Source: Alphaproteobacteria bacterium
GTDB taxonomy: Bacteria; Pseudomonadota; Alphaproteobacteria; MPNO01; UBA830
DNA length: 64,000 nt
Direction of reading: 5' to 3'
Assembly (NCBI GenBank): GCA_964291215.2
Contig: OZ219790.1
Location: forward strand, 1,888,001-1,952,000
The position numbers and the translations under genes are program-made. The stretch's first letter is position 1. Each line of letters starts with the position of its first letter. Of the stretch, positions 1 to 10,214 are shown piece by piece. Under the pieces are notes generated by a model. That model had not been told where the DNA came from. It saw only the letters and a list, made by a program, of their open reading frames with translations, and did no database searches.

Positions 1-2482
1 CCCGTGGTGGGATCGGGCGGCCTCTCCCGCGGCCAGATCTCCTTATTCCGCGCATAGGCCATCGTAAAGACCGTCGCCTGCTCGTCGATCCCGATCGCGG
101 CCGGCGGATCGCCCGGCCCGCACAGCAGGTCTCCGCGCCGATACACATACTCGCCCTGCTCGATGCCCCGCCGCACGCCGCGCACGAAGATGTCGTCGCC
201 CGCCAGGATCGGCAGGGCCGGGTCGCGGCGGAACTCGTCGCGCAACGACCGCGTCGACATCTGCCCCTTCCCGAGCGGCGTCCGGTCGCGCACATAGGCC
301 GGCGAATCCGGCTCGTCCTCGGGCAGGCGCAGCTTGTTCAGATCACGCAGCGCCCGCACGACCTGCTGCTGCCCCGCGCCCGGCCGATCCGAGGCCGAGT
401 GCATGTCGATCGCCGTATGCGCCAGATCGATGTCGCCCCCGCCGACACGGTGGCGCGAGGGGTAGAACACATGCCGGTAGCATTGCTGCACGGCAAGCGC
501 CAGGTCATGCTCCGAACGCGCCTCCATCTCACGCAGCTGGGCCTGCTGGTGCTCCGCCAGATCGACCAGACGTTCCGGCTTCTTCATGTCCCGCAGCGCC
601 AGCCGGCGGCGGGTCCGGCGGCGCATGTCCTCCCCGCGCTCCCCGTCGGCGGCCACGAAGACCAGATTGTTGCGGAGCAAGCGCAGGGCGGCACCTTCCG
701 ATCCCTTCCGCTCAAAGATGCGCCCGATCAACGCCGGCACAGCCTCGACCGAGGCGCCGACGGTCACGGCATCATAGCCGAGAACCACCAGTTTCGGGCG
801 GCCGTCCCCAACCTCGTCGGCCACGTCGAACGGGCCGCCCGGAAACGGTACCGCCTCCAGCGTCCCGCCGCGGAAAATCGTGCCGATCCGGTCGTTCAGC
901 TCCGCCCGCACGTCCCCGGCGTCGATATGGTCTTCCGTGCGCCGGATCATCTGGTTCAGATTGGCCTCCGCCAGAAAGCGCATCGGCGCGCCGGGGCGGT
1001 CGTCGAGGTAGGCGGACTCGGCAATGAACCTTTTGCGCGCCTCCTCGACGAAGCCGATGTCCATCGACGCGCCCAGCACCGAATAGCGCAGCCGCTCCGG
1101 CGATACCCCCTTCAGCGGGTCGTTGAACGCCAGCGTGTGCATGAAGATGGCGCGGGCGACACAGGAGGCGTAGGGCGGCAGTCCCCCGTGATGCGCGGCG
1201 TCTATCTCCTCGGACAGCGCCGCCTTGCCGCCCCCGGACACGTCGTTGGAAATGGCCGGCGCAAACGCCGACTGCCCGAGACGGGTCACGATCTCCTGCC
1301 GGACGGGTCCGTGGCCCGGGTCGATATGGTGCAGGTGGATGGCCGTCGCGTGGGCCGGCCGCTCCGCCCACAGATGGGCCACCGTGCGCGCCAGCAGCCG
1401 CAACATGCCCCGCACACGCTGGAAATTGCCGAGCGTCGCCGTCTTCGCCGTCAACGTGTCCAGAACCTCCGGGTGAAGAGGATAGCTCGAAAGGAACGCC
1501 GCGGCCGCTTCCGGGCGGTTGGCAGCCTCCGGCAAAGCGTCCGCGTGGGCGCTCCACTGCGCCCGGTAGGCGTCCGCGGCAGCAGCGGCCGCCGTCTCGT
1601 CTATCGACTCGAACAGGCGGCGGCGGAGCACCCAAGCCGTCTCGTCCTCTTCGGTGGGGTTGAGCAGTGTAGCCTTGCGCGCCGACACGCTCTCCGCCTC
1701 CGCCATGCCGTCGGCGATGAACCGGTTCTCGTCGCGGTAAGCGTCGGTCGCCCGTCCGTCCTTGCCGATCGCCAGCGTATGGACGAGGGCGGCGTTCGGC
1801 GCGCCTTCCACGGCCTTGAACAGCGAGGTCAGGAACGCTGTCAACTGGTCGCGGGCGTGGCCGAGAGCCGCTGCCTTGCGCAGATAGACCGACAGCTCGT
1901 CGAGCAGGATCAGCGCCGGTTCGCCGCCGAACAGCTCACGCAGCGTTTCGGCCCCGGGCGCGATCCGGCGCTCGTGCGCACCCGCTCATATCCGTCCCGG
2001 CCCGCCAAGGCCGTGGCGATCTCGCCCCACGGCGTAAAGGCGAGATGCCCGCCTTCCATCCGGCGCCCGTTGGCCGGATCCGCGTTTTCCCCGTCAAAGG
2101 CGGCAATGCGCACACGGCCCCGCGGCAGAAGCGCGGGATCGACGAACTCGGAAATCCCCGGCAAATCGACGCCGCCGCCCGCAGCGTGGCACAGCGCGAT
2201 CAGGCCGTGCGACTTGCCCCCGCCATAGGAGGTGTCAAGACGGAAGATCGACGCCGCTTCGCCGCCCGCGCCGCTCAGCCGGGCGCAGACATTGGCCAGA
2301 AGGCTCTTCAAACCTCTCGTCGGGTAGGTATTGGCGAAGAACCGGGCCGGATCGACATAGTCGGCCGCGCCCTCGCCAACCACCACCTGAGACAGGTCCG
2401 CCGCGAAATCGGCCTCCGTCACGGCGCCCGCCAGGACATCAGCGCGCGGGCGGCAGGACTCGAAAATCGTCGGTATCGTCAT
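1..2482 (-). pseudogene. DUF499-family AAA+ ATPase (component of restriction-like/Gao_RL-type defence loci); frameshifted near 1975 and running off the left edge of the window
   Basis: ORF 1910-2482 begins TIFESCRPRADVL..EADFAADL..FFANTYPT..LDTSYGGGKSH (Walker A). A second frame continues from 1973 as ERRIAPGAETLRELFGGEPALILLDELSVYLRK (Walker B)..NPTEEDETAWVLRRRLF and stays in register to position ~3. Confidence 0.85.
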
Positions 2483-2921
2483 CGCGCGCCCTCGGCCCTC
2501 CTGCTTCTGTCAACCGGGCCCGCTGCGCCGATCCCGGATCTCCGGAACCGCCGGCCCAGCATGTCTCCATCGGCGACAGGCCGCGGCTTCGCGCCGTCAC
2601 GACACAGACGGCAGCCATCGTCGCTCCCGCCTCGTATCCGCCAGTCAACGCTTGCGCGAAACATACGCCAACACGGGCAAGGCTGTCCAATCGCCGGCGG
2701 GCCTTCACCTCATCATCGCGACTGCTCACCGGCCAGCAAAGAAACCGTCCCGGCAGACCAAGAGACCAAGGCCGCTGCCCCCCCGGAAGCACAAGCCTGA
2801 ACGCCAGCACGAAGGCACCCAACTCCCGCAAGCTGTCGCGCCATTGCCGCTGCTCTTCCTCCGTCAGCACACTCAAGCTCCATGCCGAACGTCATTTGGC
2901 CCGTGCCATAGCGGTACCGCT

Positions 2922-3115
2922 CAGGACTTTCCCATGCTGTGGTTGATGTTCTGAATGACCGCTGAACGGAGCACAAATTTCCGCATTCTTGCCAGGATTT
3001 CCGGCTGCGACGACCCGTGAACGGCTCCGCGGCCAGAAAACCCGGCAAAGTTGGGCCTGTGCAACCTCCTTCCATCAGCAGTCGGCAAGATCGAATGCAA
3101 CGCGGGAAAGTCCTG
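2922..3115. mobile_element. MITE family A, copy 1 (~194 bp)
   Basis: Ends CAGGACTTTCCC...GGGAAAGTCCTG with an imperfect TIR extending to ~40 bp; a diverged second copy lies at 11935-12113. Confidence 0.8.
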
Positions 3116-3206
3116 GAGCTGCACCACCATCTGGTTCCCGATGGCACGATCCGGTATAACGATGGCCGGGCTGCAGCGACCCAAGCTAGCGCACGGTGCC
3201 ATCGCC

Positions 3207-5315
3207 ATGAATACAGCCATCGCCGAGCGGCCCCGCTCCGACGCGTCCCGTCCCTTCGAGATTGTCTCGGACTTCAGGCCTGCGGGCGACCAGCCGCAGG
3301 CGATCACGGCGCTCCTTGACGGCGTCACTGCCGGCGAACGGGACCAGGTGCTGCTCGGGGTGACGGGCTCGGGCAAGACCTTCACGATGGCCCATGTCAT
3401 CGAGCAGCACGCGCGACCCACGCTCATTCTGGCGCACAACAAGACCCTTGCCGCCCAGCTCTACGGAGAGATGAAGACGTTCTTTCCATACAACGCCGTC
3501 GAATACTTCGTTTCATATTACGACTACTATCAGCCGGAAGCCTACGTACCCCGGTCAGACACCTACATTGAGAAGGATGCCTCGATCAACGAGCAGATCG
3601 ATCGCATGCGCCATTCCGCTACCCGTGCGCTGCTCGAACGGGACGACGTGATCATCGTTGCAAGCGTGTCCTGCATCTTCGGCATCGGATCGCTCGCGAC
3701 CTACCAGGCAATGACGATTCCCCTGCATCCGGGGCAGACCATCGAGATGGGCGACCTCACGAGAGAGTTCGTCGCCCTGCAGTACCGGCGCAACGACACG
3801 AACTTCATCCGCGGAACCTTCCGCGTGCGCGGCGATACGGTCGAGATCTTTCCTGCCCACTATGAGGACAGGGCCTGGCGCCTGTCCTTCTTCGGCAATG
3901 AGATCGAAGCGATCAGCGAATTCGATCCGCTGACGGGCGAACGCATAGCCGTGCTTCAGGAAATTGTCGTCTATGCCAACAGCCACTACGTGACGCCGAG
4001 ACCGACGATCCGCCAAGCGATTCAGCACATCCGCAACGAGCTGAAGGAACGGCTGGAGTGGTTCGAGGCCGAGGGCAAGTTGCTCGAGGCGCAGCGGCTG
4101 CGCGAGCGCACGCGGTTCGATCTCGAGATGCTGGAAGCGACCGATCACTGCACCGGGATCGAGAACTACTCACGCTACCTGACCGGCCGGGCGGCCGGAG
4201 AACCTCCACCCACCCTGTTCGAATATCTTCCCGACAACGCGCTCCTGATCGTGGACGAGAGCCATGTCACGATCCCCCAGGTCGGCGGAATGTTCCGGGG
4301 CGACTTCAACCGCAAGTCCACTCTCGCCGAGTTCGGCTTCCGGCTCCCCTCATGCGTCGACAACAGGCCGCTCAAATTCGAGGAATGGGACGCAATGCGG
4401 CCGCAGACAATCTATGTCTCCGCAACGCCGGGCCCGTGGGAGTTGGAACAGGCCGGCGGAACCTTCGTCGAGCAGGTCATCCGCCCGACCGGGCTGATCG
4501 ATCCGATCTGCGTGGTTCGTCCGGTCGCCAACCAGGTCGACGACCTGTTGCGGGAATGCCGGACCCGCGCCGAGGCCGGGCAGCGGGTCCTGGTGACGAC
4601 CCTGACCAAGCGCATGGCGGAACACCTGACGGAATACATGCATGAAGCCGGCCTGAGGGTCCGCTACCTGCACTCCGATATCGACACGCTGGAGCGCATC
4701 GAGATCATCCGCGATCTGCGGCTGGGCGCTTTCGACATCCTGGTCGGCATCAACCTGTTGCGCGAGGGGCTCGACATTCCCGAGTGCGCGCTCGTCGCCA
4801 TCCTCGACGCGGACAAGGAAGGTTTTCTGCGCTCGCGGACATCCCTGATCCAGACAATTGGACGCGCCGCCCGCAATGTCGACGGCCGTGTCATACTCTA
4901 TGCCGACATCGAGACGGAATCGCTCCGCTACGCGATCGAGGAGACCGACCGCCGTCGCAACCTGCAGGAAGCTTACAACGCCGCGCAGGGAATCACCCCG
5001 GAAAGCGTGAAGAAGAACATCGCGGATGTCCTCGAGAGCGTCTACGCCCAGGATTCGTTTACGATCGGAACGGATGACGACGAGACCCCACACATGATCG
5101 GGCACAATATCGAGAGCTACATCGCGGATCTCGAGGAACGGATGAGGGAAGCCGCCGCCAATCTCGAATTCGAGGAGGCGGCACGGCTTCGCGACGAACT
5201 CCGCCGCATCGAGAATGTCGAGCTTGGCATCCCGATGGGGCCGCGCCGCTTGCAGGCGCGCATGGACGCTGCCGCCAGGCGTCACCGCAAGTCGAAGGGC
5301 CGAAAGCGGCACTGA
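3207..5315 (+). CDS. uvrB: Excinuclease ABC subunit B
   Basis: [41 protein letters not shown] motifs and a C-terminal UVR domain; start placed at ATG 3207. Confidence 0.97.
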   Translation: MNTAIAERPRSDASRPFEIVSDFRPAGDQPQAITALLDGVTAGERDQVLLGVTGSGKTFTMAHVIEQHARPTLILAHNKTLAAQLYGEMKTFFPYNAVEYFVSYYDYYQPEAYVPRSDTYIEKDASINEQIDRMRHSATRALLERDDVIIVASVSCIFGIGSLATYQAMTIPLHPGQTIEMGDLTREFVALQYRRNDTNFIRGTFRVRGDTVEIFPAHYEDRAWRLSFFGNEIEAISEFDPLTGERIAVLQEIVVYANSHYVTPRPTIRQAIQHIRNELKERLEWFEAEGKLLEAQRLRERTRFDLEMLEATDHCTGIENYSRYLTGRAAGEPPPTLFEYLPDNALLIVDESHVTIPQVGGMFRGDFNRKSTLAEFGFRLPSCVDNRPLKFEEWDAMRPQTIYVSATPGPWELEQAGGTFVEQVIRPTGLIDPICVVRPVANQVDDLLRECRTRAEAGQRVLVTTLTKRMAEHLTEYMHEAGLRVRYLHSDIDTLERIEIIRDLRLGAFDILVGINLLREGLDIPECALVAILDADKEGFLRSRTSLIQTIGRAARNVDGRVILYADIETESLRYAIEETDRRRNLQEAYNAAQGITPESVKKNIADVLESVYAQDSFTIGTDDDETPHMIGHNIESYIADLEERMREAAANLEFEEAARLRDELRRIENVELGIPMGPRRLQARMDAAARRHRKSKGRKRH

Positions 5316-5528
5316 GCAAGGAGGCGCCCGAGGTGGAATCCACGGGCCGGCGGCGGAACCGATTTCTGGCCTTGTCGCGCCGCAAGCGCCATATCACAAT
5401 CTCACCATTGTATTTCTGACAAACATCGGAGCGGAATCGAGCCATGCGCGGCCACCCGAAACAGATCATGGATCATGCTTCGGCCCTGCCCGAAGCCACA
5501 CCGATTTGCCCGGGCGCCCTCCTTCACC

Positions 5529-5700
5529 TTGGTGATCCCGATGCTGACCCAGCACTACGCAATGCTGAAGAGAAGCCTGATCTATTCCGGGATGACGGGC
5601 GGCAAGCAGCTGGTGGTGCTGGTGGCCAGAAGGAGGCGGTCGCCATGGCAGTGCGCAACGCCTCAAGACGCCGGCGCCGGTTGCGACTGGACGAGTGGCC
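5529..5700 (+). pseudogene. Fragment of a RecD2-like helicase C-terminus
   Basis: LVIPMLTQHYAMLKRSLIYSGMTGGKQLVVLV followed after a frameshift by GQKEAVAMAVRN resembles RecD2 motif VI (MLQRNLLYTGVTRGKxLVVLVGQKKA). Confidence 0.65.
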
Positions 5701-5739
5701 GGCCGGAGCAACGGATAGAGCCGAAGCAGTGGCGGCCGG

Positions 5740-6552
5740 ATGTGCGTCGTGTCCATAGAAGACGTCATGTACGAAATATTCGGGCCGCTGTCGCAAGGCG
5801 CTCCGGGAAACGACGCTTCGACGCTGCGCGCTCTGGATGCGGTGCCGCACCGGGATACCCTTCGACGAGTGCTCGACCTGGGTGCGGGCCACGGACGGAC
5901 AACCCTCGCCCTGGCGCAGGCGCTTCCGGATGCCCTCATCACAGCGGTCGAGATCCACGAGCCCTTCGTCGAGCGAATCGCCGAACGCTTCCGCAAGTCA
6001 GGCCATGCGGACCGCGTCCATGCGATGTGCGGGGATATGGCGAAGATTGATGTTGTCGCGGGGAGTGTCGACCTGATCTGGGCCGAAGGCTCAATCTACG
6101 TCGTGGGCATGGAGCGAGCGCTCGTCATGTGGCGCCCCTGGCTTCGATCGGACGGTTGCCTGGCATTCAGTGACTTCGTTCGGTGGGCCGGCGGCCTTTC
6201 GAAAGAAGCCCGCGCGTTCTGGGCGGTCGAATATCCGGACATGGCGTCCGAAGCGGAGATTCGTTCGCGCGCGGGAGCCGCCGGCTACCGGGTTGTCTGC
6301 AGTTTCCGGATGCCGAGGGACGCGCACGAGGCCTACTACGTCCCGCTGGAGGCGCGCATGGCCGAGTTTGCGGGGAGCGCCGACGCGGACGTGCTGAAAG
6401 TGCACGAGGGCATTCGAAAGGAGATCGACATCGTCCGACGCTACTGCGACGAGGCGGGCTACACGTTCTTCGTTCTTCAGCGCGCCGACGGTCGCGCCCG
6501 GGTTGCCGGCGACAACGGGGCGGATTCGGTGGGTTGGGCGGCAAGTCGGTAA
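5740..6552 (+). CDS. Class I SAM-dependent methyltransferase
   Basis: VLDLGAGHG SAM-binding motif and DLIWAEGSIY; start uncertain (5740-5767). Confidence 0.88.
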   Translation: MCVVSIEDVMYEIFGPLSQGAPGNDASTLRALDAVPHRDTLRRVLDLGAGHGRTTLALAQALPDALITAVEIHEPFVERIAERFRKSGHADRVHAMCGDMAKIDVVAGSVDLIWAEGSIYVVGMERALVMWRPWLRSDGCLAFSDFVRWAGGLSKEARAFWAVEYPDMASEAEIRSRAGAAGYRVVCSFRMPRDAHEAYYVPLEARMAEFAGSADADVLKVHEGIRKEIDIVRRYCDEAGYTFFVLQRADGRARVAGDNGADSVGWAASR

Positions 6553-6574
6553 GGAGGATCGAGCCAGCCGGGGC

Positions 6575-6767
6575 CACGACGATCCCATGCTAATTTGAAG
6601 ACGCGAAATCCGAATGCGTTGGGGTTCGGCTCATCACAGATCGCCTCCTTGATCGCAATTTTCGTGTCAAGAAGGCCCCATTGAGCCTTGGCGGCACGAT
6701 TGCAGCGCGACGCAAACTGAGAAAATCTCGCCAGTCGTCGCCGGATTAGCAGCGTGGAATCACCGTG
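6575..6767. mobile_element. MITE family B, copy 1 (193 bp) with a 10-bp target-site duplication
   Basis: TIR CACGACGATCCCATGCT / GCGTGGAATCACCGTG; flanking direct repeat CAGCCGGGGC at 6565-6574 and 6768-6777; homologues at 12124 and 26299. Confidence 0.88.
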
Positions 6768-7124
6768 CAGCCGGGGCGGTCAGGGGACGGTCGGGCTGCC
6801 CGGCTGGAAACAGGCTGCCAGATGCCGCGCGGAACGAAGCAACACGCTACTCAATCGCGACGAAGGAGGCGCTCCCGATCCCTTGGCCTGTCCCGTCCAC
6901 AATGGACGGAACCCGAACAATGGCAGGGAGGATTGGTGAAAGAGCCAAGCCTGCTGTTTGGCAGAATAGCTTCCCTGGATCGACTGCGGGGCTGATCTGC
7001 CGCTGCGAAATGCCGAGGGACATACACCAGCCAGCAATGGAAATTCGATATTCCAAGGTAACTGCTCACCCCCTGGTTCCGGCTTGATGTCGGGGTAGAG
7101 CAACGAACGGGTTTTCGTGGAGAT

Positions 7125-7153
7125 TTGACACTGCAGGCCGATTCGTTTAGTGG
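7125..7153 (+). promoter_or_regulatory. Sigma70-like promoter inside the IS66 left end (same sequence at 8692-8720)
   Basis: TTGACA-17 bp-TAGTGG, followed by a GGGGA RBS-like motif and GTG at 7182. Confidence 0.45.
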
Positions 7154-7181
7154 TGGTAATCGAGAACGACGGGGACCGCCA

Positions 7182-7310
7182 GTGGGCTACTTTGGATCGA
7201 AGGCGACGAGCGGGCTGTGCCAGCTGCTTCCGGGGCTCCAGCCCCCGCATGATCTGTATGTGAAAACGCATCTCGGAAGCGGCGCGCTGATGAAGCGCAA
7301 GGCCGGGTGA
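7182..7310 (+). CDS. 42-aa leader ORF resembling the N-terminus of a D12-class DNA adenine methylase (in IS copy 1)
   Basis: GYFGSKATSGLCQ..QPPHDLYVKTHLGSGALMKRK; its stop overlaps the transposase start (TGATG). Confidence 0.55.
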   Translation: MGYFGSKATSGLCQLLPGLQPPHDLYVKTHLGSGALMKRKAG

Positions 7311-8624
7311 TGGCGACGGTCAACGCGGCGCGCGAGGAGTTCGAAGCGGCCAGGACCGCGGCGCTGCCGGCAAGGTGGCGGAAGAGGCCGTCATCCGCGT
7401 CTTCGTCATCCTGCTCGACATCCTCATCGTCGTCCTTCTGGAGAAGACTACGCACGAGCCGGAACTCTGGTCTGCCGCCGTCACAGACGGACAAGAGCGT
7501 GCCGGAAGCAACGGCAAGGGCCCGAAGCCGAACCGGCAGATGGGCGACAACCTGCGCAAGACCATCGTCGAGGAAACGGTCGCGGCCTGCGACGCCTGCG
7601 GCGCCGACATCGACGGCCCCGTCGATCGGGAGCGCCGCGTCCTCTATGACATCGTGTTCGAGGTCGTCGAGCGCCGCGCCGAGATCAAGGAATGTCCGAA
7701 GTGCAAGGCCCGGGGCCGGTTCCCCGACAACATCCCGTGCAGTACGGCATCCAAGCCCTCGTCATCAACCTGCTGGTCGCCCAGATGCTGTCCCTGCGCC
7801 GTGCTGTCGCGCTCGTGCAGGCGATCTCCGGCATCAAGCTCTCCGAGGCCTCGGCTATGCTTTCACGATGCGTCATGGGAGGAGACCGCCGTGGCGCACC
7901 TCCTGCAACGCCCGATGTCGACGATTTCGGATCAACAGTAAGTGGCTCCATGTCGTGGGACCCTGACGTGCAAGTTCCCGCACCGCAAGCGCGGGCAAGA
8001 GATCGGCATCATCCCGTGCTACAAGGGCGTCCTGGGCCTCGTACATGGCAGTGTAGCCACCAGTTGTGCGGCAGCCACCTGCTGCGCGAACTGACCTTTG
8101 TCGTCGAGGCTACCGCTGGGCGCGACTGATGAAGAGCCTGCTCCGCGAGGTCTGCCACAAGGTCAACAAGAGCGCATCCAAAACCCTGAACGACGCCGGG
8201 CGCAAGCGCTACCGCACCATCAGGGCGCCAGGGAACTGCCCGACATCCGCCGCCGCCGAAAGGAAAACGTGGACGCAAGTCCGACGCGCACAACCTGCAC
8301 GAACGTCTCGTGAAACACGAAAACCTGCACTTCACAGACGACCCCAACGTCAGCTTCACCAACAATGCCGGAGAACAGAAGATCAGGATGGCAAAGCTCA
8401 AGGTGTCCGGATGCTTCCGCTCCACGCAAAAGCATGGTGCCGGGGCTCAAGCTACCTCACCTCCATGGCCGCACTCGGCTACAACCCACTCGTCGCCACC
8501 CAGATCGCCCTCGACGGAAAAGCCGCAGACATCATCAACGAGCACTACGACCAATCAGAACCCAACTAGGGGTGAGTAGATACTATTCCAAGTTTTTTCT
8601 CTGGTTGCCTATGCTTTGAAAATA

Positions 8625-10167
8625 GTAACTGCTCACCCCCTGGTTCCGGCTTGATGTCGGGGTAGAGCAACGAACGGGTTTTCGTGGAGATTTGACACTG
8701 CAGGCCGATTCGTTTAGTGGTGGTAATCGAGAACGACGGGGACCGCCAGTGGGCTACTTTGGATCGAAGGCGACGAGCGGGCTGTGCCAGCTGCTTCCGG
8801 GGCTCCAGCCCCCGCATGATCTGTATGTGGAAACGCATCTCGGAGGCGGCGCGCTGATGAAGCGCAAGGCCGGGTGATGGCGACGGGCGGCGCGCGAGGA
8901 GTTCGAAGCGGCCAAGACCGCGGCGCTGCCGGCAAGGTGGCGGAAGAGGCCGTGATCCGCGTCTTCGTCATCCTGTTCGACATCCTCATCGTCGTCCTTC
9001 TGGAGAAGACCACGCAAGAGCCGGAACTCCGGTCTGCCGCCGTCACAGACGGACAAGAGCGTGCCGGGAGCAACGGCCCGAAGCCGAACCGGCAGATGGG
9101 CGACAACCTGCGCAAGACCATCGTCGAGGAAACGGTCGCGGCCTGCGACGCCTGCGGCGCTGACATCGACGGCCCCGTCGATCGGGAGCGCCGCACGACA
9201 TCGTGTTCGAGGTCGTCGAGCGCCGCGCCGAGATCAAGGAATGCCCGAAGTGCAAGGCCCGGACCAAGGGCCGGTTCCCCGACAACATCCCGTGCAGTAC
9301 GGCATTCAGGCCCTCGTCATCAACCTGCTGGTCGCCCAGATGCTGTCCCTGCGCCGTGCCGTCGCGTTCGTGCAGGCGATCTCCGGCATCAAGCTCTCCG
9401 AGGCAACCTGCCTCGGCTATGCTTTCACGATGCGCTCGTGTCATGGGAGGAGGCCGCCGTGGCGCACCTCCTGCAACGCCCGATGTCGACGAGACCGGAT
9501 TTCGGATCAACAGTAAGTGGCTCCATGTCGTGGGACCCTGACGTGTAAGTTCCCGCACCGCAAGCGCGGGCAAGAGATCGGCCCGTGCTACAAGGGCGTC
9601 CTGGGCCTCGTACATGGGCCAGTGTAGCCACCAGCTGTGCGGCAGCCACCTGCTGCGCGAACTGACCTTTGTCGTCGAGGCTACCGCTGGGCGCGACTGA
9701 TGAAGAGCCTGCTCCCTGCCACAAGGTCAACAAGAGCGCATCCAAAACCCTGAACGAGGCTGACCGCCGGGCCGTGCGCAAGCGCTACCGCACCATCAGG
9801 GTGCCAGAGAACTGCCCGACATCCCGCCGCCGACGAAAGGAAAACGTGGACGCAAGTCCGACGCGCACAACCTGCACGAACGTCTCGTGAAACACGAAAA
9901 GTCAGTCCTGCGCTTCACAGACGACCCCAACGTCAGCTTCACCAACAATGCCGGAGAACAGAAGATCAGGATGGCAAAGGTCAAGGTGTCCGGATGCTTC
10001 CGCTCCACGCAAAAGCATGGTGCCGGGGCTCAAGCTACCTCACCTCCATGGCCGCACTCGGCTACAACCCACTCGTCGCCACCCAGATCGCCCTCGACGG
10101 AAAAGCTCGCAGACATCATCAACGAGCACTATGGCCAATCAGAACCCAACTAGGGGTGAGTAGATAC
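8625..10167 (+). mobile_element. Decayed IS66-family element, copy 2
   Basis: Same termini as copy 1; its own 8-bp TSD TGAAAATA at 8617-8624 and 10168-10175. Confidence 0.92.
8749..8877 (+). CDS. 42-aa DNA adenine methylase-like leader ORF (in IS copy 2)
   Basis: GYFGSK..PPHDLYVETHLGGGALMKRK, resembling motif X and motif I. Confidence 0.55.
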   Translation: MGYFGSKATSGLCQLLPGLQPPHDLYVETHLGGGALMKRKAG

Positions 10168-10214
10168 TGAAAATATCCGAATTTGATGTTTAGAGGCATC
10201 AAAGAACACCAAGA

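Larger units (their letters stand above)
7058..8583 (+). mobile_element. Decayed IS66-family element (single-ORF, ISBst12-like), copy 1
   Basis: Ends GTAACTGCTCACCCC...GGGGTGAGTAGATAC; TSD TATTCCAAG at 7049-7057 and 8584-8592; fragmented transposase with NSGLPPS, a CxxC zinc finger, HQLCGSHLLREL and FTNNAGEQKIRMAK..SGCFRS. Confidence 0.92.

Noticed and set aside
1965-1985. Programmed ribosomal frameshift in the DUF499 gene
   Set aside because: No slippery heptamer or homopolymer; residues are missing relative to the family pattern, which fits a deletion.
399-2228. 609-aa plus-strand ORF
   Set aside because: In-register antisense shadow of the DUF499 frame, with no recognisable motifs.
7058-10167. 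Tandem duplication, assembly duplicate or composite transposon
   Set aside because: Each copy has its own TSD and private mutations, with only 41 bp between them.
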